Both the position numbers and the translations under genes were made by a program. Shown piece after piece: positions 22,901 to 36,256 of a stretch of 64,000 bases of DNA; within the stretch, counting starts at the first letter, position 1, and every line of letters starts with the position of its first letter. This DNA is from Balamuthia mandrillaris (lineage: Eukaryota), in contig JAVKOQ020000047.1 of assembly GCA_031835245.2 (NCBI GenBank), positions 62,001 to 126,000 of the forward strand, written 5' to 3'. The notes under the pieces were generated by a model. It saw only the letters and a list, made by a program, of their open reading frames with translations, was not told where the DNA came from and made no database searches.

Positions 22901-24768
22901 TGGTTCTCTGCAGAATGTCTCTCAAAATAGCCTTCTCTTCGGTGACTCCATCACGTCTGCTCAATTCCTCCAAAGTTACTTTCAGCTCTTCTTTAGTAAG
23001 ACCGCCACCGCTGGCCAATGCCAATAGCTTTTTGGTGTTGGGTGCTTTCTTTTTGACTTCCTTTAGTGCCTTTTTCCGTGCTTTGTTCCTCTTTCGAATG
23101 GCTTTGATGTCTTCTTGCAAGTCTTCGGGTAAAGAGGGATAACCGTGAATAGAACTTATAGTAGCGGAACGATGTCGTTCCTTGGTAGCTTCCGGAAGAT
23201 GTCTTCCTATTGCCTCGGCCATGAACGTGCCTCTACGCTTCCTTCCAGCAGCAATGGGAGTGCCAGCGGCGTGAATGTCTGTCCCTTCGCTTTGCTGTTT
23301 TGCTGCTTCTTCACTGTTCCATCTCGGTAATGTTGGGCTTTTAGCTTGCGTACGGTTCTTTTTGCCCTTTCTTCAAAAGAAGAGATTAGATGGTCGTTAA
23401 AACTCTGTTTAAAAGAAGAACCACAAGATAGAGTCATCATTACCGATACTTTTTGGAGCCTCGATGGCTACCTTGATCATCTCTTAGCTTTTGGAGAACT
23501 TTTTCAATATCCTTATCTAACTTATTTTCTAGGTCCTTTCCTAGTTGCAATTTGTCGTTGAGCTGGTCAAAGTCACCTTCCGTTGTTGCTGTTGAGTATT
23601 CCTTCGCTCCTGCACGCAGTTGCACGTTTTCTGAAAGAGACAAAAGGAGAAGAATTCGTTATACGAGTTAGTTTCTCGATGAGTGAATCCAAATGACTCG
23701 ACTGACCTTCGTAAGATTTGAGTTGCTGGAGACAAACAGAGATGTAAAGCATCACCATCAACTCATTGGCTTTTCCTTTCGCCAAGTCCTCCGCTTCCAG
23801 CAATGGAGGTACGTCAAAGTGCCGATGAAGCAGGGCGATACTATTTGCTATTGTACGTTTGGAAACAATGCCTGATCGCCCTTCTCCAGCTTCTCCTCCG
23901 TTTGAAGTCCTCAGCATCATTGCAGCAGATACACCATCCACTTGTTTCATTCTATACAATGAAGAACAAAGAAACGCAAAGGAGGAGACCGCATAAGACA
24001 TAGGAGAAACATGCAATAAGGAAAACAGACGAACCTGCCGAGAAGAAAAGAGAGGATGGTGCCATCATTAAAGGCCTCCTCAAAGTTGGTGATAGGCAAG
24101 AAGGAGGAGTCCTTGAGAAACACGTTGAGCTCAGCCAACAGCCGCAGTCTTTTCGTGTCTTGGAGAGAGTGCTTGCTTTTTCTGGAGGAGCCCTTCTTCT
24201 TCGGTGGCTGCTGTGGCTGCAGCTGGTTGTTGCCTATTTGATAGTACAGCGCCAACTCCCAAAGCAACGCCACCACATGTTTCACATTTCCGTCCACCAA
24301 TTCTATAGAAGTGTTGAAACGTTTGTCAGAAGTGAGAGAGAGAGAGAGAGGAGAGAGGAGAGAGAGAGAGAGAAAGAGAAAGAGCGAGAGAAAAGAGCGA
24401 GAGAAAAAGGGAAGGAAGCAGAAGAGAGGGAGCAGGGTGAAGAGAGGAACAGAGAGCAGGAAAAGGAAAAGAGAAGCGATAAGAAGAAAAATAAAGAGAC
24501 CTTCAGCTGTCACTTTGGATGGAATAGGGAGCCGCTCCTCCCGCTGAAGCCAATGCAGCACGGTTTGGTTGTTCTGCAGTTTCTGGGAGCGGTTCTTAGG
24601 GGAAGGGTTGAGGCCAGGTATGGTCTTGTTGGAGAGGAGCTCCACCAATGCGGCCAGTTCCAACCCGGTAACGAAGCCCGTCTCCAGGTTGGCTATCTGA
24701 TGCATTTTCTTCTTGAGCACACTGTTGACCCATTTGGTGAGCACCAGAGCTTGCTCCGTGACGCTCAT
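19929..24768 (-). CDS. Calponin-homology (tandem CH) protein with C-terminal talin/vinculin-like helical bundles, multi-exon
   Basis: LTKWVNSVL...IANLETGFVTGLELAALVELLS (CH1); ITNFEEAFNDGTILSFLL...VPPLLEAEDL...ELMVMLYI (CH2); Ala-rich amphipathic helices in the last exons. Confidence 0.65.
22377..22583. repeat. (GAGGA/GAGAG)n intronic microsatellite
   Basis: About 200 bp pentamer-type purine repeat. Confidence 0.95.
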
Positions 24769-25023
24769 GCTTTGTTGGGTTGTGCTGTTGCCGGTTATGT
24801 TGCTCTCTTTCCTTCTCCTCTATCTGTGGCAACGTGACAACGGTTCCATTAATTAATTGATTCATATAACGAATCGCCCCAGTTATTTCAAGTATTTGAG
24901 GTATGATGAGAATGTTGCAACAATAAAATGATGAAAATATGGGGGGTATGCCAAGAATGCTGCAAGATAGAAAATATGTAAGTTATGAATAGAATGCGGT
25001 GAAAAAAAGAAAGGCAACCGTGA

Positions 25024-26133
25024 ATGGAGAGGACAAAGAGCGCAGAGGGAGGAGGCTGTGGTGGAACAACGCCCCTTGTCACCGTTGGTATGCTCGGTTT
25101 TCCCTGCCGCACTGCTGCTGCTTTGGGCAAAGAGGAGGCGGAGGAAGAAGCGGAGGCAGAACACCAACGAGAGCTACAAGAAGAGGAGGAAGCGCTGCTG
25201 GAGATCGTGGTGGGCAAATGGTTGCCCGCGATGGTGCAGAAGACGCGCGGTTTGGTGGAGCATGATTTCGGGCTGCGATGGGACGCTGTTCATCTGCTCT
25301 GTTGTGCCGGCGGTGGCGGAGCAGCCACTTGGATCGAACGAGTAGCGCTGGCCCTGTGGAGCAACTACACGCCACCACAACAACAAAGCCAGGATCAACA
25401 AAGACCGAGAAGGCTCACTCTATTTATTTCCAGCAGGCAGACGCCCGTGTCAAAAGGCATCCGAAGGGCAGTGGAGCAAGGCGCCTCGTTGGAAGTGTCT
25501 CATGTGGAGCTGGAGGAGTGTTGTGTGCGCCTTGCTTCTGCTGTTGACCACTTGATCGTCTTTTCACTGCACAACAAGAAACCAGCAACAGGAGAAGGGT
25601 TGCTCTCCAGCGATCTTCTTTGGAACAGAGTTAGCAGCTCGTTGTCACCGTCGTTGCGCTCCATCGTTCATGTCTCGTTGGGAGACCTCCTCTTTCAACA
25701 GCAGCAACAAAGACAATTACATCGCTTACCTGTAACAGTGCAGCTAGTTGAGGACGAAGAATATAAAGATCAACGACGACTGCAACGACAAGAACAGCAA
25801 GCGGAGGAGGAAGAGGAAGAGGAAGAGGAAGAGGAGGAAGGAAGGAAGAGTACTGGCCGCGCTAAGGAAAGCAGTATGCATGCACCCAAAAGACGAAAGC
25901 AAGGCTATAGTTCTTCGTCAGCAGAAAGCCAAACGCACATTGAAGAGATGCCATCGTCTGTCTCTCCTCCGCTGCACGGGATGAGCCTAGTACCACGATC
26001 ATCGCCGCTATCCCATCGCCATCGTCCCCAAAACAACGCTGGGACACCTCCAGCCTTTGCTCAACACATATCTGCTTCTCCCAGGAAAAGAAAGCACGCT
26101 GCTGCCTCCTCGTCAAAGGAAGATGGCGACTGA
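25024..26133 (+). CDS. Hypothetical protein (369 aa)
   Basis: Long ORF with host-like low-complexity Q/E tracts; no recognisable domain. Confidence 0.45.
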   Translation: MERTKSAEGGGCGGTTPLVTVGMLGFPCRTAAALGKEEAEEEAEAEHQRELQEEEEALLEIVVGKWLPAMVQKTRGLVEHDFGLRWDAVHLLCCAGGGGAATWIERVALALWSNYTPPQQQSQDQQRPRRLTLFISSRQTPVSKGIRRAVEQGASLEVSHVELEECCVRLASAVDHLIVFSLHNKKPATGEGLLSSDLLWNRVSSSLSPSLRSIVHVSLGDLLFQQQQQRQLHRLPVTVQLVEDEEYKDQRRLQRQEQQAEEEEEEEEEEEEGRKSTGRAKESSMHAPKRRKQGYSSSSAESQTHIEEMPSSVSPPLHGMSLVPRSSPLSHRHRPQNNAGTPPAFAQHISASPRKRKHAAASSSKEDGD

Positions 26134-26676
26134 CCGTTCGCACTTTGCTAACAAGCACCATTACTGAGTGGAAAAGTTCTGTACAGCTCATCGCATGTGC
26201 TGCTCAGCCAGAGGATGCAGAGGAAGAAGAGGAGTGACGCCGCTGGCCAAAGCTAAGGGCGATAGGATAGGTGTGATGCTTGATATACGGCAACGACTAT
26301 AGATAAATATTTGACAACAGAGGATGATTAAGTCGATTGTCTTGCGCAAGAGACAAACGAAGAAAGGCAAACCTTGCCGTGCTGCAACACCGAGTCATTG
26401 GTCAATACTAGAACTTGGTGAGCCGGTCCTCCCAAACCCCACAACGTTGCTTTCCATTTGCCGAGCAGGCCACGAGCTCCGTATTTCGCCACGTTTTGCA
26501 CATGAAGGGCTGGCCCCCTATTTTGATGGTTCATGATTAAAAATGCAACGTTGAAACAAAAACTCACATTCTCTGGCGATTCATTCAAAATACAACGTAC
26601 ATCAAAGCGGCTGAAGCTTCCTTTGCATTCAGTTTACGCGAAGAAGCAAAACGCTCTTGCATGTACCCTTTTTAGT

Positions 26677-26716
<40 letters not shown>

Positions 26717-26753
26717 AGTGAGTGAGAGTGAAATGAATGAGTGGGTGGATGAA

Positions 26754-27462
26754 TCAAACTGGTGTGCTGTAGAAACATGAGGGATTACCTGTGTAGCGGT
26801 CTAAAGTGAGAAACAAGGCCGCACTTTGCACGTCGTTTCCGCCAGAACAAAACAAAGCTACAACAAGGCAGAGCATCTGGCTAACTCGAAACGGGCTCCA
26901 ATGTTGCTCGTCTTTGCTTTCCTGGAGGTCATTCTCTTGTTCATACAAGGCTTTTGGTAGTGGTGATGAAGTTGGGAATAATGCCAATGTACTCAGGTCA
27001 TAGTCCAGTAGTTTGAGCTTGTTGTTTTGGAATAGCCTACTCGAAAGTTTGCTTAAGTGCTGCTCCACATCGTAGCTCCATTCTTGCTTTATCTATTAAT
27101 TGCAGAAGTTGAAGATACATAAGTCAATCATTTTGGCCCTCTTCTCTCAGAGATTAAGGGACAGAGACCACAAGAGATCGAATAGCACCGAACGAATTAA
27201 GTTGGTGGTAGTTTCTGCGGGTAAAGCCGGTGTAGGATACAGGTAAGTGATGGATTTGTTGGAAATTGGTTGCATGTGACCTTCGTCGTTTTAAACTGTT
27301 GCTAGACTCTGGTTGTCCATTACGCATTTTGTGATTTGCAGGGTCAGATGGCTGCACAAAGAAATGCAGCAGGTGGCTAGACACGTTATCCACGCGGGTT
27401 GATATTGTCTCCATCAAAGTTTCTTCCTCCCATTCCACAATACGAATCTCGCTTCTAGCAAT

Positions 27463-27509
<47 letters not shown>

Positions 27510-28212
27510 CGAGGAAGGAGAAGTTCACATGAGGGAAAGAATAAAAATATGGACGAACGAAGGATTCAAACCCCATGTTTATCATGACGGCGTTGGGATG
27601 CATGAAGGTGAGCATAGGATTGTGCTTCACCAAGGCAGAAGATATAGTCATGAACCACGTGCTAGCAGCACTGAACCTTTGATACTTGCTGCCTTTAGGT
27701 ATGTGGTTCAGCATATGCCCAAAGGGAGAGAGAGCTGAAAAACGAAAGCAAAAGGAATGAGAAGGAAAGCATTGGCACCTATGAAACCAAGAGGAGAAGG
27801 CACAATTGAAAGAAAGCAAGGCTGAGTAGTGCAGGCCACAGTGGCGTTGGGGGAAGGGGGTTCCCATGCTTGTACCACCCAAACGTCGTTTGGTGTTTCA
27901 ATGAAGGTTATCCTCAGTGGCTGTCCATTACTGTTTCCATTGTGGTTTGCGTGATGATATTCATAGCCATCTTGTTGTGTAAAGAGATCGCACTCGGCGA
28001 CAAGGCGAAGAGGAGAGCGGCCATCCCCAAAGAACCACCATTGCATTCTGTAACGAAACGGGCAATCCATGCTGCTAGCACCTTCCTCTTCGTCCTCTTC
28101 CTCTTCTGAAAGAGCGGTTGACATGGCTGGTGGCCTCACCATCCTGCACGAATATGATACTTGAGGTTACGTTAGCATCCACTCTCTATCCCGCTCATGA
28201 GTCTACAATTGA

Positions 28213-28249
<37 letters not shown>

Positions 28250-28932
28250 ACAAACTGAGAGAGAGAGAGAGAGAGAGAGAACCAATATGATTGCCATCCC
28301 TGGTAAAGCCAAGAAGCACGCAGCCGCTAGCTATCTACGCATGTTACAAAAGAACACAGTACAGTGGAGAGATAAGAGAACAAAGAACATGCGTGAGAAG
28401 CAGGAAACAGCGGAGAAGAACTAAGAGATAGGCACAGGGGCGAGGGATGGAACAGAGAGTCAGACCATATGTCTACGGTCCAATATGTCTTCCAAGGGGA
28501 CCTATGGCCATATTGTGCAGAGTCGCAAAAATATAGTGAGCAAAACAATGGACTCTAACGAGTATAGCAGAAACCGCCACCACTTCCAGCGTCAAACACC
28601 ATCTCATTGCCGCTCTGAAGGGTGGCACAACATACCAACAGTCTTCTGGGGATGACTGCAAAGAAGCGAGCAAGGTTCTGCCAGGAGCGAGTGCCCTCCA
28701 CTTGTCTCTGAAACAACTTACGGCACAGGCTATTGTTGCTGTGGTTCCGCCCTCGTCTCACCTCGCCAATAACCTTGGTTTTATCCTCATGACTTTGTCC
28801 GAGGTTCTTGTCTCTGGTTGCGTTGGGTGTCCGTTCTTTGTCATGGGGCTGCCTGCTGTTTTTCCTGCCGTCTTTGCTACTATTGGTTCTGCGGAGGGGG
28901 TAGCGAGAAGGAGGGGGAGAAGGCGTTTCCAT
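26754..28932 (-). CDS. Hypothetical protein with transmembrane segments, multi-exon (3' end uncertain)
   Basis: ATG at 28932 (METPSPPPSRYPLRR); several coding-like segments separated by (GA)n-containing introns. Confidence 0.4.
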
Positions 28933-29326
28933 TTTGCTCTCCCCAGTGTCTCTCTCTCTCTCTTTTGTCTGGATCAAGCACTCCTTGGCATACGTTCTTA
29001 AGAGCTTTTTGTTTTTTTTGCGTTTGTCACAGCTTCCAACCAACCGGAAGCCCACCCTCTCCTCCCCCCTTCCCTGGCTGCAAGGACTACTGCTGCTTCC
29101 ACTACTGCTTCTACGTTTTTACTACTCGTTTTTTTTTCTTTGGTTTTTTTGAAAGAAGCAGAAGAAAGAAAAGAAGTAGTGGCAAGCACTAAAAAGAGTA
29201 GAGGAGGAGGAAGCACACTTTTTTTTTTTGTTCGACTGGTGATTGATCCTACGAGGACACGAATCTTTGCTGTTCTTTTTTGTCGTTTCGTTGTTTTTTT
29301 GTTTTTCAGATTGACAAGAGGGAAGA

Positions 29327-30703
29327 ATGAGCGAGCCACAGCAGCACCGCACCAACCAACAGCGGGTAGCGGCTCACAAAAAAGAACAGCGACCAGCACG
29401 ACCAAAGGACGAGGAAGAGGAGGAGGAAGAGACGACCGCACCCACAACAGTGGAAGGATCTATGAACACGGTTGGCCAAATAGTGAGCCGATCGGACGCT
29501 CGTTTGTCTGCCTTTCTATCGCGTGAAGCAGGGGACCACCAGGGCCAACGGTCTAAGCCAAAACCGACTTCTTTGATGTCTTCTTCCTCTACATTCTCTT
29601 CTACTGACCTCCCTCCGACGAGAGACAGAGGAAACTCTGTTGGAAGTGGCCCTCCTGCTCATCAGAGTGCGTTACGCCAACCTCAACAACCGCAGCAGCG
29701 ACCACAATCACAACCACAGCAACAGCAACCGCCTCCTCGGGAGCACCCACCTCCTGGGAGAGCAGCTCTTCATAGATCCTTTCCTCCGGGCCTTCCTACC
29801 AGATCTTCCTCCTTTCCTTCTCTGCCCACTATCACCGCTGCCACAACTTCTTCCCACGACAGTACCGCTACCACGTCCGATGCCCATGCAACTTCTCTTC
29901 CTTCTTCTCCGGGTTCTCATCACCGTCACACACTCAACCAATACCAACAACCATGGCTGAAGGAAGGTTGGCTGCTTAAGCTTTCGGGTTATCTCTGGAA
30001 AACCTGGGAGCCTCGCTACTTCCGCCTCAAGCGCAACCGGTTTGTCTTTCTTCCTTCTGTTTTGTATATAGCAACTTACCGGACTCTTCAAAAGTTTGGC
30101 GTACTATTTGGACGAGGAAGACATGCAACCAAAGCGAGTGATAGAGCTGGATGGCTGTACCGTTACAGACATGACGCTGAGCGCCAGTGGCGCAGGTGAT
30201 GCCCCTCTCCATTTTTCTCTGCTGGAGAGCGCACGGCTACCACCGCACACATACTATTTGGGCGGCGAAAGTGCCGAGGAGCTTGATGAATGGCGTCTTT
30301 GCATCGAACGAGCCAGCACGTTCTTCATGGAGATTGTTTATGTGGTCATAACGAATGACATTGGTATCTTGGTTTGTGTAAGCAAATGCACCAAGTGACA
30401 CTTACATATTTTTTTTGGCATTGTGCAGATCGGATACTTGAATACTGTCCACGCCACTGGGCCAGCGAATTTCGAACGTTTAGCAAACTTGTTGATGAGG
30501 TCCTTTTGCAAAAACGGTATTATGCTCCTCTCTCTCTCCCTTGCTTTCTATCTAAATCGTACCACCTTTGAAACTATTAGGTATCGATTTTCTTTTGTAG
30601 AGAACGTTGGACGTAACCAAGCCAGTTATACCAACGATAGATTAACTTACAGGGCATACTACCTCCTTAGTGGAAACTTCGGTATCTCTCTCGCGCTCTT
30701 CCT

Positions 30704-30739
<36 letters not shown>

Positions 30740-31136
30740 GCTTTCTATCTCAAATTGAACTAATGCTTCTTTCTTCATCCGCGTTTGCAATCCATTCCCA
30801 AGTGTACATTTGTATCTTGGACAAACGGATGGAAGGAAGGAAACCCGAAGCTTTTCTCTGGGTACTGATCCTCCAAGTGAAATAATATTAATTTTTTGCT
30901 ACACTTGTTTTTAACTGAAACACCCTTCAATTCTGTCGTAGGATATTTGCGAACGATTCGAGAGCCTATCAGCTTGCAGTGCTTTGGAATTGCAACCATT
31001 TGTGGAGACCTTGAAACAACTGGTAGAAATCTATTCACCTGGAGGCTACTCCGACGTCCCCAAGAACCCTGAGCTTGTGCTCAATGCGGAGCGAGTACTG
31101 GATGACATTGACAATGCGAAGAATAAAGCAAAGTAG
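29327..31136 (+). CDS. PH-domain protein with C-terminal longin-like domain, multi-exon
   Basis: LKEGWLLKLSGYLWKTWEPRYFRLK...PKRVIELDGCTV...YYLGGESAEELDEWRLCIE (PH); then EIVYVVITND...GPANFERLANLLM...SYTNDRLTY...YICILDK (longin-like). Confidence 0.65.
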
Positions 31137-31271
31137 AACGTGCACGTGGTTTGTTGTTTTTGCCTTTTACGTTAAAATTGAATTTAATTATTGCTATGAT
31201 TTGCCTTATTTTTTAATTCCCCATTTCTCTTTGTGTAAACAGAAGAAGCAAGGAGAAAGGCGCAACACAGA

Positions 31272-34200
31272 ATGGCGTACGAAGAATACTTATCAAATAT
31301 TTTTAGGTTTGCGATTCTGGTAGTATGTATGTGTTTTTGTTGTACGATAAACCGTTGTGACGCGGACGTCTTGCGGTGGCGTTTTCCTGGCATACATGGA
31401 GAGTGGTTTGTCTTCTCTTTGTGTTTTCCTCTTTCCCTCAGCAACTAACCTGTAACCGTACCAAGGACGGATCCTACAAATTGGAGAGTGGAAGGAACTA
31501 ACGAGGCTCGAGTACCACTTCCTACGGACGATGTTGTGCTGGAAGGACATGACTGGCGCTGGGACTGGATTACCCATGTTAGAGTTTATGTACGTCCCGC
31601 TAGCTTCTGTTTCCACTTTCCCTCATTACTTCTCATCTAACGATAATTATTTACATTCATTTTCTTTGTTGTCGTTCCTTTGTTCTGTCTCTTTTTTGTT
31701 CCCTGCATTTTTTTATGGGAATAAGAAACCGCATGGTGGGCCAATTGTAATCAACAGCCTTACTCTCAACAAAATGGACACACCCTGCAATCCCAACGAA
31801 CCAAACCCGTTGAGCTATTTGCAGTGGGACGGCGCCAATTACCAACTCATAGGACTCAACATCACCGGAGCAAGAACAGGGATGGTGCTAGAGTTAGTGG
31901 CACCAACGGAAATCATAGTACGGCAAGATGTCCACGTGGAAACTCAGATCCGTTTCTTAGGCAGCCCCAAAGATCCACTTGCTAGAAGGTTTTTTTTTTT
32001 TTTGGAGGGGAGTTGTTAGTTCTGTATTAATTAAATGACACTAAAACCTTATAAAACAGCACACTGCAAGTTGTAGAAGGGAGTATAACTGCGGTAGGAG
32101 CGCAGTTTATTGGCCAAGCAGATATCCATGGAAATCTACTTGCTGACGACTTTACGTGGGATTTATTTATTGTTGAAGCGAACGGAAAGCCAACTTCTGA
32201 TCTTGAGCAAGCGGGAGCAACCGTCCATGTCCATGGAAATCTCGCTCTTGAAGGGACTAGCCGCATTGTCCTTTGGCGTACAACCTCTCCCTCTCTTTGT
32301 TTGAGTCTTCTTCCTTACACTTTGGTACTGGATTATTACTAGTGTATTCCAATAGCTCTGCTGGATATTCTCAGTTAGTTGTGGAGGGTGATATCGCATT
32401 CATGGCAAAGCCGTACCTTGGCTTGAGAGGACCATGGCGCGAGGAAACACCTGTGCTTATCAAGTTCAATTCCACTTCTGGTGATGGAGATTTTTTGGCC
32501 GTGGTGGACAATGGATTAATTCTACCCTTTAAATTGCGTGCTTGGACTCCTACTTTCAAATGCGAAGGTGAAGCTGGGCCTGGTGGAAGCCCTGTGCTCG
32601 TAGATAATTGTAAGAGAGAATCAACACGAGACTTTTCTCTGTTGCTTGGGTTCTCCGAAGACGTCTCTTGTGGAGGTACTGCTCCATTTTTCTGTGCACT
32701 GTTTGCTGATCTAACCTATTCTTCCCAATACAGAAAAGTGCCCAGGCACCCCAGGTAAAACAGTTGTTGTAGCTTTTTTTTTTTGGAGTTTGAGCTCACC
32801 TCTTATCCGATTGTAGAATGTTCTGGAAGGGGTCAATGTGTGGATGATGGTTTCAACACTCCTTATTGCTTGTGTAATGATGGCTGGGCCGACTTTGATT
32901 GCCGTATACGTATGTGGTTTCGCCTCTTTTTTTCCCCCTTCTTTCACACCTTTCCTTTTGCTTATTCCTTATCCAGCGGATTGCCCAGGAACACCTGATT
33001 GTAATAATAAAGGACAATGCATCAGTCTAAACGAAGCCGTTCCATATTGCAAATGCCTCCCAGGTAAAGTTCCTTATTTAACTTACCTTCAAGTCGTTCT
33101 TACCACCGGACACTTTTGCTATTAAATAACATAGGATGGGACTCAGTTGAGGATTGTTCCGTAGGTAAGTGCCCCAATGACTGCAGCAATACAGGCGACC
33201 ATCATCATGGCACTTGTGAACTTTCTGCTGTACCTCCTCGCTGCGTATGCGATATTGGTTGGACACTTGGTCCAGAATTGGATTGCTCCGTGCCACTCAA
33301 GCGTTGCCCTGGTCTAGAAGAATGCTCTGGATATGGTACCTGCGATAGGCTGACAGGAAACTGCACCTGTGTGGAGGGAAGAATGGGATCAGATTGCTCC
33401 GTTCCAAGCTGTCCTGGCAGTCCTCAATGCTCTCATCATGGAGAATGTGTATGGAAAAACGAACTGGCGAGGGCGGAGTGTGAATGCGATCGAGGTTGGA
33501 GTGGAGAAGACTGCTCACAGGCGAAATGCCCGTCTGCCAGTGAGGAGTTGGAATGCAGCGGGCGTGGCCAATGCGTCACTTCATTGGATCCACCTCGCTG
33601 TTTGTGTGACGCACCGAAAGAGGTACTTGTTTTTTGCATTCTGTTGTGCACAGTTTTCTTCGTTTTACTGACCACTCAAACTATGTTTCTAGACATTTGA
33701 ATTGTATGACGCCTCTCCAGTAGTTGGAGTTGATAACGTGGGATATACTGGCGAGGATTGTAGCATCGCCGTGAGTTCTTGCCAGGCAAGTTCTTCCCGC
33801 TGTCAGGTTAACTGCATTGCAGGCTATTGCAACATGGAGGCGTGTCCAGAAGGCTGGAAGGGCTTCGATTGTACCACTCGTATGTACCGTTTTTCTTTCT
33901 TTACTCTCTTTAAATCAACCCAGTCTTCTGATACCCGTTTGTTTATTTGATCTTCATAGCCGTATGTGAAGGATTTCCTGAGTGCAGTGGCCATGGACAG
34001 TGTCAAGTAAGTTTACTTGGGCAACCAACGTGCAAATGCCGAGCAGGATGGGACAATTCCACCGGTGACTGCCTGTTGGGTTGGTTTTACTTTCTCTGTG
34101 TGTTTTTATTTTTTATTTGTTTGTTTGTTGACTCAGCCGCGTTTAAAACGTAAAATAATTCTTCTTTTGCAAAAAGCTCAATGTGAGGTTTCAGGCTGCT

Positions 34201-34900
34201 CCGGAAACGGCTACTGTGATAAGGACTTATCTCCACCTCGTTGTGTATGCGAGGCTTTTTTTTATGGTCCAGAATGTCAATTCTGTAAGTCGCTTCGTAT
34301 TCCTGCATGAAGCACTGCTAACACCCTTACCCTTTCAATATAGATTCCGGAGCCTGTGTAGGGGAGCCTGAATGCTCAGATCATGGCTACTGTGTTAATA
34401 GAACTTGCGTTTGTGATGATTATTGGGAGGGCTTGGACTGTGCCTCTCCCATATGTACGTAGCTTTCCTCTTCTTGTTCTTCCTCTCCTTATGCTTCCTC
34501 TCGCTAGTCTCAAATTTTTTAATTCTGCTTCTTCCTGGAAAAAAAAGATGATTGCCCAAACGGGTGTTCTGGGCACGGAATATGCGTGCCAGACAACATG
34601 AATAGCAGCCAAAAGCGAAGAGAGGAAGAAGATGGCAGCAAGGTGTCTGGAGTCTGCAACTGTGATAACGCTTGGGCAGGGGAGGATTGCTCCCAAACCT
34701 TAGAGAGTCGTTCCAACGAAGATGACGAGGACGATCATTTGACGTGGATCATCCCGGTGGCCGCCTCCCTCATTTTTGTGGTGCTCGTCTTGGTGCTCGT
34801 GGCGCTCTTGTTTTGGGGTTACCGCAAGCGCAAACAGCAAAAGGCTCGCTCGGTTGCACTCCGGCGAAAACTCACCGCCATCAACTCTGACCTTCGCTAA
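31272..34900 (+). CDS. Type I membrane protein with multiple tenascin-type EGF repeats, multi-exon
   Basis: Signal-like N-terminus; repeated CSGRGQC...C.C..GW.G.DC; TM WIIPVAASLIFVVLVLVLVALLFWGY followed by RKRK. Confidence 0.85.
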
Positions 34901-35178
34901 AAAAAAAAATAAAAAAAATCAGGTTCCTTTTTGTATAAGAACGCTCTTTTCGTTTTGTTGCTTTGTCTGCTCTGTTTCTCTCTGCTCTCCGCTCTCCCTC
35001 TCTCCTCTCCCTGTCTCTCTCTCCGCTCTCCGCTCTCCGCTCTCCTCTCTCCCCTCTGCTTTTCACGACAAGAAAGAAAAAGGGCGGGAAAATCGCACCA
35101 CCACGTCAGCAAGAGAAGACACGGAAGAAAAGGAGGAGGGCAACACCAACAGAGAGACGAAAGCAGATTCATCAAGCT

Positions 35179-35631
35179 ATGGCAAGCGCGGTGGACAAGG
35201 TTTTGGAGGACCACCCCATCATCCTCTATTTTGTGGTCGCCATTGTTTTGATACATGTGATCGCACTCATATCCTTTTTCACCACAACCCTTTCTAGATC
35301 CGATTGTTTGTCATCTTTCTCGCTTTCGCTCTCTTTCTTTCTTGCTTATCGTGTCTTTTTTCCTTCACTCCGACTCACGCTTATTGGGTCTGGAGTATTG
35401 CAACAGAGCAACGGGCTAGGAACCGCCGGAAGCTGCAGTGAGCTACAAAGCGAACGCGCGCCCCCTTCCGCTCCCAGTGAAGGAGTTCCACGGCCTCGTT
35501 TTCATGAACGAAGAGCAGCAAGGGCAAGCCATTCTAACCAAAAAGAGTACAGCGTAAAGAGGCATAAAAAGGGGCTTCACTTTGGTTCTTATTTATGTAC
35601 ACCATCGTTATGCACTAGGTCTATGTCTTAA
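35179..35631 (+). CDS. Small putative membrane protein (structure uncertain)
   Basis: MASAVDKVLEDHPIILYFVVAIVLIHVIAL, a single TM segment; probable introns. Confidence 0.3.
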   Translation: MASAVDKVLEDHPIILYFVVAIVLIHVIALISFFTTTLSRSDCLSSFSLSLSFFLAYRVFFPSLRLTLIGSGVLQQSNGLGTAGSCSELQSERAPPSAPSEGVPRPRFHERRAARASHSNQKEYSVKRHKKGLHFGSYLCTPSLCTRSMS

Positions 35632-35658
35632 GACATTCTTCTCTCTCACATTCTCTCG

Positions 35659-36212
35659 CTATGAAGAAGTAGCGCCACGCAACTCTACCAGGCCTTTCAT
35701 CTGCTCCAGCGCAACGCTGCGCAGGTATAAGTGCTTGGAGAAGAAGGTCATGAGGTCTCGCCCCTCCACCTCGCTGTTTGGCATCTGGTGTCCCTTTCCT
35801 GAATACTCTCTCCATACCAAGCCGTTCCATTCCTCTTCCTTCTCGCTCTTCTTTCCTCCTTCTCGTTGCTGTGGATAAAACGTGTTGCGCAACAGCCTCA
35901 CTTTCTCTCTTGCTTTGGAGATGGGGTGCATTTCGTCATCTTTGCCGTGAGTGATCAGCATGGGCGACATAGGCACTCCTTTTCTCTCTGCTATTCTGGC
36001 GGGGGAGGGGTAGTCCTCCACGTTGCGCCAGTGCAGCAGCTCCGGTTCCATGAGTTGTTCCTCCAACAAGGAGTCGGAGATGGCCACCACCCCTCCCAAT
36101 AGTCTACTCTTCTCCAAATGTCCGTGTTGTTGCTGGTTGGAATAGTGACACAATGCAAGGTTCACTGCCACCACTGCTCCCTGCATAATAACGATAAGAA
36201 CAAAAAAACATG

Positions 36213-36256
<44 letters not shown>

